Shown: piece by piece, positions 42,676 to 50,441 of the stretch
Numbering within the stretch: the stretch's first letter is position 1
How the letters are laid out: each line of letters begins with the position of its first letter
Assembly: GCA_023247055.1 (NCBI GenBank)
Contig: JAHFHF010000005.1
Coordinates: 18,985 to 82,984 of the forward strand
Source of the DNA: Candidatus Omnitrophota bacterium
GTDB taxonomy: Bacteria > Omnitrophota > Omnitrophia > Omnitrophales > Aquincolibacteriaceae
DNA length: 64,000 bases
Reading direction: 5' to 3'
Position numbers and translations under genes: made by a program
Notes under the pieces: model-generated
Databases searched by the model: none
Seen by the model: the letters and a program-made list of their open reading frames with translations, nothing else
What the model was told of the DNA's origin: nothing

Positions 42676-43287
42676 ATGACATCCTTTTCCGGTTTGACTC
42701 TTAAGGAATATCTCGACAAACTTTCCAGCGATGCCCCTGTACCGGGCGGCGGCAGTGTTTCCGCCTATGCCGCCTCGCTTGCGATGGGGCTCAGCCAAAT
42801 GGTGGCGCGCATTACTTTGGGCCGTAAAAAAAAACCGGGTTTGAGTCCGCAGGAGGAGCAAAAAGAGGACGAACGCCGGGCCACGATTCAAAAAATTCTC
42901 AATTCGCTGGAAAAAACACGTGCTGACGCGTTTCAAATTGTGGATCTGGACCCCAAAATTTATCAGGAAGTGATGGATGCGGCGGGGGATGTGAACCGCA
43001 TGGAAGATGCTTTGCATAATTCGTTCCGTCTGCAAGCTGATTTGGCACTTTTGATTGTCATGGCACGCGAATGGAATACCGTGCTGGCTGGCCTTGTCAA
43101 AGGTTCGATTGCCAATGATTTACTTGTGAGCGCGTCGCTTTCTGAGGCGGCTTTTCACGGCGCTTACCACACGGCGATGATCAATGTGAAATACATGAAA
43201 GACGAGAATCGTAAACAGCAGGCGGAGAAAGCTTTGGCCGATTTGAAAGCCCGCTACCAGGAAGGAACTGCCCATGCCGGCCGCTGA
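42676..43287 (+). CDS. Cyclodeaminase/cyclohydrolase-family protein (FtcD C-terminal-domain-like; methenyl-THF cyclohydrolase/formimino-THF cyclodeaminase).
   Basis: PVPGGGSVSAYAASLAMGL motif and an all-helical ~200 aa protein immediately upstream of folD, which it overlaps. Confidence 0.7.
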   Translation: MTSFSGLTLKEYLDKLSSDAPVPGGGSVSAYAASLAMGLSQMVARITLGRKKKPGLSPQEEQKEDERRATIQKILNSLEKTRADAFQIVDLDPKIYQEVMDAAGDVNRMEDALHNSFRLQADLALLIVMAREWNTVLAGLVKGSIANDLLVSASLSEAAFHGAYHTAMINVKYMKDENRKQQAEKALADLKARYQEGTAHAGR

Positions 43288-44134
43288 AACGCGCCTCCTC
43301 GAAGGCAAAATCCTGGCCCAAAAAATCCAGGAAGAAATCAAAGTGCGTATTGGCGAGGGCCTGCGCCAGGGCCGCAAAGCGCCTTCGCTCTTGGCCATTC
43401 AAGCGGCACAGGATCCCTCCGCAGACTGGTACATCGGCCAGCAGAAAAAACTCGCGGAAAAACTGGGCGTTCACTTTGAACAAATTCCGGCAGGCGTGAT
43501 CACCGCACAGCCGGGTTTAATTGAAAAAATTAAATCCGCCCAGCATACGTTTACGGGTATTTTTATCGCAATGCCGCTGCCCGCAGGATTTAACGCCGAC
43601 GAAGTTCTCCTTGCGCTTGATCCCAAAAAAGACGTGGAAGGCATTCATCCCGCCAGCCTGGGGCTGATTGTTTTGCGCAAGGCCCGGCTCATTCCGCCCA
43701 CGGCTTATGCCTCTTTCAAGCTGATCGAAGCCTCGGGCCTGGACTTGCGCGGCAAAAAAGCCGTGATCGCGGGGCAGAGCGCCATTGTGGGCCGTCCGCT
43801 CCAGCTTTTGCTGGGCGAGCGCCGTGTGACTACCACGGTCTGCAATACCGGAACCTCGCCAGCGGACTTGGAAAAATTTGTTTCGGAAAGCGACATTGTC
43901 GTCGCCTGCGCGGGCCAGCCCGGCCTGATCAAAGGCTCCTGGATCAAATCCGGCGCGGTGGTCATTGACGTAGGCACGACGGAAGTAGCCGGCAAACTGA
44001 CCGGCGATATCGAGTTTGAAGAAGCCAAAAAACGCGCCGGATTTATCACACCTGTTCCCGGCGGCGTAGGGCCTCTGACGGTGACCATGCTGATGCAGAA
44101 TTTGATTCATGCGTATGAATGGCAGCGAGCATGA
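43274..44134 (+). CDS. folD: Bifunctional methylenetetrahydrofolate dehydrogenase / methenyl-THF cyclohydrolase.
   Basis: Typical FolD length and motifs (GKILAQKIQEEIK..., ...VIAGQSAIVGRPL..., TPVPGGVGPLTVTMLMQN). Confidence 0.9.
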   Translation: MPAAETRLLEGKILAQKIQEEIKVRIGEGLRQGRKAPSLLAIQAAQDPSADWYIGQQKKLAEKLGVHFEQIPAGVITAQPGLIEKIKSAQHTFTGIFIAMPLPAGFNADEVLLALDPKKDVEGIHPASLGLIVLRKARLIPPTAYASFKLIEASGLDLRGKKAVIAGQSAIVGRPLQLLLGERRVTTTVCNTGTSPADLEKFVSESDIVVACAGQPGLIKGSWIKSGAVVIDVGTTEVAGKLTGDIEFEEAKKRAGFITPVPGGVGPLTVTMLMQNLIHAYEWQRA

Positions 44135-44193
44135 CACAAATCACTTTTTAAGGAAACGGGTTCATAAGCCTTCTAAATCTAATCACTGGCTTG

Positions 44194-44292
44194 TCATTGC
44201 GGGCTCTCGCTGTTTTTTTAGCGTGCGCCGAAGCAATCTCAAGAGCAAACGAGATTGCTTCGGCCTCAAATTGAATGTTGCCTCGCAATGAC
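44194..44292. mobile_element. MITE/REP-like element (~100 bp) with terminal inverted repeats GTCATTGCGGGC / GCCTCGCAATGAC and a perfect internal hairpin.
   Basis: Internal 13-bp hairpin CCGAAGCAATCTC-AAGAGCAAAC-GAGATTGCTTCGG. Related copies are at 47592-47685, 47698-47783 and 52056-52146, with a partial copy at 29018-29062. Confidence 0.6.
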
Positions 44293-44470
44293 GAGAATGA
44301 CATGGGATCAACAATCACATGCATGATCGTATTTGCCTCCGCGCAAATGCGAGAATGACATGGGATCAACAATCACATGCATGATCGTATTTGCCTCCGC
44401 GCAAATGCGAGAATGACATGGGATCAACAATCACATGCATGATCGTATTTGCCTCCGCGCAAATGCGAGG
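44283..44470. repeat. Tandem repeat, 58-bp unit x about 3 (period measured between 44341 and 44399), abutting the MITE end.
   Basis: Unit GCGCAAATGCGAGAATGACATGGGATCAACAATCACATGCATGATCGTATTTGCCTCC repeated exactly. The first copy is a variant that contains the MITE terminus (TGCCTCGCAATGACGAGAATGACATGGG). Confidence 0.85.
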
Positions 44471-44523
44471 CAGCGGCTAGAGTTACAGGGACTTATGAAA
44501 CCGGCTCCTTGTGACTTTTAAAT

Positions 44524-45318
44524 ATGCGAACTCCCATCAAAAAAATTTACGATATGAAAGCCCAAAAGGAAAAAATCGCCGTGCTCACGGCCTATGATTT
44601 TCCCATGGCCCGGATTTTGGATGAGGCGGGCGTGGATGTCATTCTGGTGGGCGATTCGTTGGGCATGGTCGTGCTGGGATATGAAAGCACGGTGCCTGTG
44701 ACCATGCGCGATATGCTGCATCATACGCGGGCGGTTGCGCGCGCCGTGCGCAAAGCGGTGGTGGTGGCTGACATGCCCTTTGGTTCTTATGACATCCCTG
44801 AACGCGCGCTGCGTAACGCGTTGCGGCTGATCAAAGAGGGCGGTGCGGATGCGGTCAAACTCGAAGGCGGACAAACGATTGAAAAACAAGTTGCGCATCT
44901 TGTCCATGCGGGCGTGCCGGTCATGGGGCATGTGGGCATGACCCCTCAGACGGCAACCCGGCTCGGCGGTTACCGCGTGCAGGGCCGTGACTCCAAGCAG
45001 GCCGCTCAAATTTTAAAAGACGCGCTGCTTTTGGAGCGGCTGGGTGCTTTTTCAGTGGTGTTGGAATGCGTGCCGGGACCGTTGGCGCAGAAAATCACCC
45101 GCAAATTGAAGTGCCCAACGATTGGTATTGGCGCAGGCATTCACGCGGACGGTCAAGTGCTTGTGCTCAATGACATGCTGGGTTTGGAAAGCAGTGTACG
45201 GCCGCGGTTTGTGCGGCAGTACGCGCAGTTTGGCAAAGCCGCGCGCAAAGCCGCGCTGGTTTACATCCGCGATGTGAAGGAAAGTAAATTTCCAACTGTG
45301 GAAGAGAGTTTTCATTGA
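44524..45318 (+). CDS. panB: 3-methyl-2-oxobutanoate hydroxymethyltransferase (ketopantoate hydroxymethyltransferase).
   Basis: KEKIAVLTAYDFPMARILDEAGVDVILVGDSLGMV... is the canonical PanB sequence. An alternative ATG lies at 44554. Confidence 0.9.
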   Translation: MRTPIKKIYDMKAQKEKIAVLTAYDFPMARILDEAGVDVILVGDSLGMVVLGYESTVPVTMRDMLHHTRAVARAVRKAVVVADMPFGSYDIPERALRNALRLIKEGGADAVKLEGGQTIEKQVAHLVHAGVPVMGHVGMTPQTATRLGGYRVQGRDSKQAAQILKDALLLERLGAFSVVLECVPGPLAQKITRKLKCPTIGIGAGIHADGQVLVLNDMLGLESSVRPRFVRQYAQFGKAARKAALVYIRDVKESKFPTVEESFH

Positions 45319-46766
45319 GTAAAGATAAAGCTGCTCATATTGTTGTTGCGGACAAAGACGCCGATGTCTGTGACCTGGTGGCAACGCGGCTTTCCAACCG
45401 CGGCTTCCGCATCAGTATGGCCGGGACCATGGAAGAATTGCTGCGCCATCTTGACCGCGACCCGCCGGTCCTGATTCTGGTGTCTTCCGAGATGGAGCGC
45501 CTGGGCGGCCGCCACCCGGTTGAAAAAATCCGCGAAAAAACGCATTTGGCCGCTGTGCCGGTGATTTTGCTGACGCGTGAAAGCGAAATTGCCGAGTTGA
45601 TTCTGGGGCAGGACCGCGGTTTTGACGACTTTCTGATCAAGCCGTTCAGCCCGCTTATTTTACAGCTGCGGGTCGCGCTCAATATGAGCCGCGCGCGCAT
45701 TCGCAGCGATGCCAATGCGTTGACGCATTTGCCAGGCAATGCGGCGATTGAGAAAACCATTAAAACGAAAATCGAACGCGGCGAAAAATTTTCCGTGCTC
45801 TATATCGACATCAATCAATTTAAGGCGTTTAACGACCGCTATGGCTTTGAAAAAGGCGATGACGTGCTGAAACATACGGCCAAACTTTTGACGCACACGC
45901 GCGAAAAAACACGGGGCTGCGAAGATTGTTTCGTAGGACACATTGGCGGCGATGATTTTATCGTGGTCTTGCCGCCGGAACATGAAGAAACATTTGCGCG
46001 AACGTTTATTCAGGAGTTTGACAGCGTGATGCTGTCCTATTACAGCGATGCGGACCGCAGCCGGGGCCATGTGCGTCTGACCAACCGGCGCGGCAAACGT
46101 GAAAATATTCCGCTGATGTCGTGTTCGGTCGCCGCTTGCAATAATGTTTACCGCCCTTATAAAAACCTGGGTGAGATTGCACGCGATGCCGCTGAGGTCA
46201 AAAGTTTTCTGAAATCGCAGACAGGCAGCCACTATCTGCGAGACCGGCGGTCGGAACCGATTGCGCGGCTTGATACCGCGGTCGAAATTTTATCTCCCGA
46301 AGTCGAGGCGCTCGGAAGCCGCGCCAAAGATTCAGATCCCCTGGGGCGGGTGCTCGTGAATGCCGGCCTGCTTACGGAAGAACAGCTTGAACTAGCCATC
46401 AAACGCCACCTCGAAACGCGCCAGCGGCTGGGCCAGACGCTGATTGCTATGAATTTGGTTTCCAGCCAGGATGTGGGGCGGATGCTGGAAAAAAAATTGC
46501 GGGTGCCGTATGTGAGTTTGGCCCAAGCCCGCATTGCGCGCGAAACGCTGCGGATTTTTACGGTGGATTTTATGCGCTCGCACCGCGTTGTGCCCCTCTC
46601 CGCATCCGGCGCGCGCCTGAAGCTGGCCATGTGCGACCCGTTTGACCTTAAAACTTTAGACGCCATTGAACGCGTCAGCCAATACAAACCCGAGCCGTGC
46701 CTTGCGCTCGAAGACGAGTTTGAATCGTTTATCGAAAGCTACGGTCCTTCCGAGAGGACCGCATGA
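45315..46766 (+). CDS. Multidomain signalling protein: degenerate receiver (REC) domain, GGDEF-family domain (GGDDF variant) and a C-terminal MshEN / T2SS-E N-terminal-like (c-di-GMP-binding) domain.
   Basis: TTG start overlapping the panB stop. The REC-like N-terminus lacks the phospho-acceptor Asp (VLILVSSEMERLGG). The GGDEF-like core is FKAFNDRYGFEKGDDVL...GHIGGDDFIVVL. The C-terminal ~110 aa (LGRVLVNAGLLTEEQLELAI...FDLKTLDAIERVSQ) resembles the GSPII_E N-terminal/MshEN fold. Confidence 0.6.
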   Translation: MSKDKAAHIVVADKDADVCDLVATRLSNRGFRISMAGTMEELLRHLDRDPPVLILVSSEMERLGGRHPVEKIREKTHLAAVPVILLTRESEIAELILGQDRGFDDFLIKPFSPLILQLRVALNMSRARIRSDANALTHLPGNAAIEKTIKTKIERGEKFSVLYIDINQFKAFNDRYGFEKGDDVLKHTAKLLTHTREKTRGCEDCFVGHIGGDDFIVVLPPEHEETFARTFIQEFDSVMLSYYSDADRSRGHVRLTNRRGKRENIPLMSCSVAACNNVYRPYKNLGEIARDAAEVKSFLKSQTGSHYLRDRRSEPIARLDTAVEILSPEVEALGSRAKDSDPLGRVLVNAGLLTEEQLELAIKRHLETRQRLGQTLIAMNLVSSQDVGRMLEKKLRVPYVSLAQARIARETLRIFTVDFMRSHRVVPLSASGARLKLAMCDPFDLKTLDAIERVSQYKPEPCLALEDEFESFIESYGPSERTA

Positions 46767-47584
46767 GCGTTTCCAGAATCATTCTGGCTTTCGCCGCCTT
46801 TTTTTACGGCGCTGCGTTTCTGCTGCATCTGATGTCTTTTTTCGGCCAGCGTGAAAACAACCGTGCCGCGTCCCGTCTGATGCAAACCGGTTTTACCGCG
46901 GCGACGTTTTATTTCATGGTTGAGGCGGCCACGCTGGCAACGTTCTTCCCCGTTGCAGACATCTCACATGCCCTGGCCTTTTTTGCCTGGTCTCTGGCAT
47001 TCGTCTATCTTGTCCCGCTTTCCCATATCCGCAGTGATTCTTTTGGTCTGGTCCTTACGCCGGTGTTGACGCTGCTTGTGAGCGCGGCTGCGCTAACGGC
47101 GGTTTTGCCCGCCAAAGGTGCTCTGCCGCCGGCCAGTCCATTTTTTATGCTGCATATCTTGTGTGCTTTTTTTGCCTATGCCAGTTTCACCATTTCGTTT
47201 GCCGCCGGCCTGCTTTATTTGATCCAGCGTCATGAACTTAAAGCACGCCGGACGGGCGCGTTTTACCACAAACTGCCGTCACTGGAAGAGTTGGAAAGAC
47301 TCATCGACCAGCCCATGCTTTGGGGCGCTGCGCTGCTGGTGGCCGCTATTGCGATCGGGTTTGTCTGGTCAAAGACGGCGTTTGGCATGTATTCGCTCAC
47401 CGATCCCAAGACGATTGCCACCGGCATTGTGACTTTGATTTACGGAATGATTCTCGGCCTGCGTCTCGGCGCCCGTCTGCGGGCCAAGCACGCAGCGGTC
47501 TTAAGCGTTGCCGCGTTTGCACTGGTGATTCTGAGTTTCGTAGGCATGCGTTTTATTCAAGGCAGCCATAATTTTTTAGCGTAG
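46763..47584 (+). CDS. CcsA-like cytochrome c assembly family membrane protein (HemX-like, as found in hem operons).
   Basis: Eight-TM protein with CcsA-family character directly upstream of hemA; compare B. subtilis hemAXCDBL. Confidence 0.55.
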   Translation: MSVSRIILAFAAFFYGAAFLLHLMSFFGQRENNRAASRLMQTGFTAATFYFMVEAATLATFFPVADISHALAFFAWSLAFVYLVPLSHIRSDSFGLVLTPVLTLLVSAAALTAVLPAKGALPPASPFFMLHILCAFFAYASFTISFAAGLLYLIQRHELKARRTGAFYHKLPSLEELERLIDQPMLWGAALLVAAIAIGFVWSKTAFGMYSLTDPKTIATGIVTLIYGMILGLRLGARLRAKHAAVLSVAAFALVILSFVGMRFIQGSHNFLA

Positions 47585-47591
47585 ATTTTTG

Positions 47592-47783
47592 GCATTGCGA
47601 GGCAGCGAGGCACTAAAACTGAATCGGTCTCAATGAGATTGCTTCGACGTCCGTTGAATGTTGTCTCGCAATGACAAAAAAAGTGGTCCTTTGTCATTGC
47701 GAAGCAGTGAGGCATTAAGGCTGAAGCAATCCCAATGAGATTGCTTTGGCTTCAATGGGTACGCCGCCTCGCAATGACAAAGT
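47592..47783. mobile_element. Two tandem copies of the GTCATTGCG-type MITE/REP-like element (47592-47685 and 47698-47783).
   Basis: Each copy has CATTGCGAGGCAG...GAGATTGCTT...CTCGCAATGAC architecture, with an internal GAAGCAATC/GAGATTGCTT palindrome. Confidence 0.6.
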
Positions 47784-47818
47784 GTGAGAATGAAAATTCA
47801 GGAATAAAATAAAATCAT

Positions 47819-47965
47819 ATGGGATTATTCGTCATTGGATTGAATCATAAAGAATGCCCCGTGGAAGTGCACGAACGCCTGCCCCTGCGCTTTTGTTTGC
47901 GCAGGGGCTGTGCCTCGGCGGCCAATGAAGCTGCCGTAGGCATAAAGCCGTTCGCTAAAATTTAG
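47819..47965 (+). other. Upstream mini-ORF (48 aa) formed by a diverged duplication of the hemA 5' end, with a strong internal hairpin.
   Basis: ATGGGATTATTCGTCATTGGATTGAATCATAAAGAATGCCCCGTGGAAGTGCACGAACGCCTGC... mirrors the hemA start ATGGGACTTTTTGTCATTGGTTTGAATCACAAGGAATGTCCGGTTGAGGTGCGCGAACGCCTGC..., then diverges into the hairpin CCCCTGCGC-TTTTGTTT-GCGCAGGGG. It stops at TAG (47963-47965), 6 nt before the real hemA ATG. Confidence 0.6.
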
Positions 47966-47971
47966 GAATTT

Positions 47972-49246
47972 ATGGGACTTTTTGTCATTGGTTTGAATCA
48001 CAAGGAATGTCCGGTTGAGGTGCGCGAACGCCTGCATTTTTCTGCGCAGCTTGCGGAGAAGGCCTTGACGGCCATGAAAGAAGCCGGCGATATTTCTGAA
48101 TTTGCGCTTTTGTCGACCTGCAACCGGGTGGAATTTTACGGTTACACGGAACAAGGGCAGCCCCGCGAGGCGGTCCTGGCGCTGATCGAAAGCCTGCACG
48201 GCATCCGCCGCAATGAATTTGAGCATTTTCTTTATCTGCATGAATCCAAAGATGCGGTGCGGCATCTGTTCCGCGTGGCCGCGGGGCTTGATTCGCTGGT
48301 CGTCGGCGAAAATGAAATTCTCGGTCAGCTGCGCGATGCCTTTAAAGCCGCCAATCAGGCGGGCACGATCCATTCACTGCTTTACCGCCTGATGGAAAAA
48401 GCGCTCAAGACCGGCAAGGAAGTGCAGACACGCACCAAGATTGCTCAAGGGGCGGTCAGTATTCCTGCCGTGGCCGTCGAATTGGCGGAAAAAATTTTCG
48501 GGACTTTGTCCGGAGAAAAAGTCATGGTGCTTGGGACCGGTGAAATGAGCGTGCTGACGCTGAAAAATTTACGCACCGCCGGGGCCGATATCGCCTATAT
48601 CGCGAGCCGTAATGAAGAAAAAGGCCGCGCGTTGGCCAAGGAATATGGCGCTATTTGGCTGTCCATGGAAGAGTGGCAGCGCGAACTGACCGGCGTGGAT
48701 ATTTTGATTGCCTCCACAGCTGCTCCGTATCCCATTGTCCTTAAAACGCATGTGGCTGGGGTCATGGCCGCGCGGCGCAGGCGGCCTGTTTTTTTAATTG
48801 ATATTGCGGTGCCGCGCAACATCGAGCCTGAAGTCAACCAGATCGACGACGTTTTTCTCTACAATGTCGATGACCTCAAAGGCGTCTCCGCTGCCAACCT
48901 AAAATTGCGCCGCGGTGAAATCCGGGCGGCCGACGACATTGTCGACCAGGCCGTGATCCAGTTTCAATCGTGGTTTGAACAACTTGCCGCGCGTCCGACG
49001 GTCGAGCGTTTTGAAGAATTTCTGGAACAAGTCCTGCAGGCCGAGTTTGCGGAACTGGCGCGCGAAACCGGACTGTGCGAAGAACGCAAACAGCAGATCA
49101 TGAACCGTTTGAAAGCGAAGATTCTCCACCGGCCGTTTGAAAAGATCAAAGAAGCCTCCAAAAACGGCGGCGTCAAAAAACACGTCGAAGCGCTGCATTC
49201 ATTGTTCAATTTGGATACCGATCAAGCACCGAGCACCAAGCACTGA
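47972..49246 (+). CDS. hemA: Glutamyl-tRNA reductase.
   Basis: MGLFVIGLNHKECPVEVRERL..., the catalytic Cys region LSTCNRVEFY and NAD-binding GTGEMS are all canonical HemA. Confidence 0.92.
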   Translation: MGLFVIGLNHKECPVEVRERLHFSAQLAEKALTAMKEAGDISEFALLSTCNRVEFYGYTEQGQPREAVLALIESLHGIRRNEFEHFLYLHESKDAVRHLFRVAAGLDSLVVGENEILGQLRDAFKAANQAGTIHSLLYRLMEKALKTGKEVQTRTKIAQGAVSIPAVAVELAEKIFGTLSGEKVMVLGTGEMSVLTLKNLRTAGADIAYIASRNEEKGRALAKEYGAIWLSMEEWQRELTGVDILIASTAAPYPIVLKTHVAGVMAARRRRPVFLIDIAVPRNIEPEVNQIDDVFLYNVDDLKGVSAANLKLRRGEIRAADDIVDQAVIQFQSWFEQLAARPTVERFEEFLEQVLQAEFAELARETGLCEERKQQIMNRLKAKILHRPFEKIKEASKNGGVKKHVEALHSLFNLDTDQAPSTKH

Positions 49247-49391
49247 GTTTTGAGCGCTAAGCCGTAAACGAGCGGCGGATAATTTTTTGCGCCTGCAAAA
49301 CATTTTCCTCTATGAAAAATTTAAAAACTTATTTTTTGTTCTCTCGGTGCTTAGTGCTCGGTGCTCAGGGCTTGGTGCTCGGTGCTTTCTC

Positions 49392-50330
49392 ATGAAAACC
49401 CGCGTTAGAATCGGAACGCGCGGCAGCGCCCTCGCCCTCTACCAGGCTGAGTTATTCAAAAACAAACTGGCCAATGATTTTTCCATGGTTGCTTTTGAGC
49501 TGGTTGTTATTAAAACAGCGGGAGATGTTCGGGGCACGCGTAGTATGCGCGGCGGCGACGATAGCAAAACACTCTTTACGCGCGAAATCGAAGAAGCGCT
49601 GCTGTGTGAAGACATTGATCTGGCCGTCCATAGCGCCAAAGACCTTGCCGCCGTCATGCCGCGTGGACTTCGGATCGGGGCTGTTCTTGAACGTGAAGAC
49701 CCGCGCGACTGTCTGGTCGCCCGCAAAAATATTCCTTTGGCCCATCTTGAATCCGGTGCGCGGATCGGCACCAGTGCACTGCGCCGCAAGGCCCAGCTTT
49801 TGCGCTTTAATCAGGATTTGGTGATCGAGGAATTGCATGGCAATGTGGACACGCGCGTTAAAAAAGCCCTGCAAGGTGATTTCGACGCCATTGTGCTTGC
49901 GCATGCGGGTTTGAAGCGGCTCGGCTTGGTCGATCATGTTTCTGAAATTTTTGACGCAGAACGTTTTTTACCAGCGCCCGGTCAGGGCATTATCCTTGCC
50001 CAAATCCGGCAGGGTGATGCCCAAACCCAGGCGTTGCTCGAGCCGGTCAATCACAAACCGACTCTGACGCGGCTCGTCTGCGAGCGCGCTTTTCTCAAGC
50101 GGCTAGGCGGCGGCTGCCAACTGCCCTGCGGCATGCTGACCGAATTGACACCCGGAAAATTAAAAGCCCGTGGCATTCTGTTGATGCCGGACGGTTCGCA
50201 TTGTATTGAGCGTGAAATTGAAGACCCCGGCGGCGACCCTGAAGCCACCGGCATGGAACTTGCCGAAATAATTCTTGAAGAAGGCGGCAGGAAGATCTTA
50301 AATGCCATTGAAAAAAGTAATGAGGCCTGA
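49392..50330 (+). CDS. hemC: Porphobilinogen deaminase (hydroxymethylbilane synthase).
   Basis: MKTRVRIGTRGSALALYQAE... is canonical HemC. The track ORF starts at 49287, but the first in-frame ATG matching the HemC N-terminus is at 49392. Confidence 0.9.
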   Translation: MKTRVRIGTRGSALALYQAELFKNKLANDFSMVAFELVVIKTAGDVRGTRSMRGGDDSKTLFTREIEEALLCEDIDLAVHSAKDLAAVMPRGLRIGAVLEREDPRDCLVARKNIPLAHLESGARIGTSALRRKAQLLRFNQDLVIEELHGNVDTRVKKALQGDFDAIVLAHAGLKRLGLVDHVSEIFDAERFLPAPGQGIILAQIRQGDAQTQALLEPVNHKPTLTRLVCERAFLKRLGGGCQLPCGMLTELTPGKLKARGILLMPDGSHCIEREIEDPGGDPEATGMELAEIILEEGGRKILNAIEKSNEA

Positions 50331-50441
50331 GTGATGAGCCACGAGAAAAAATAATGCAAAATAAAAACGGTGAGGCAGATTCTTTTTTCCCTCTCTGCTC
50401 ATTCCTTGTTACTCATTGCTCGTTGCTCATGGCGCTGCCTT

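Noticed and set aside
47825-48373. 182-aa minus-strand ORF.
   Set aside because: It is antisense to hemA.
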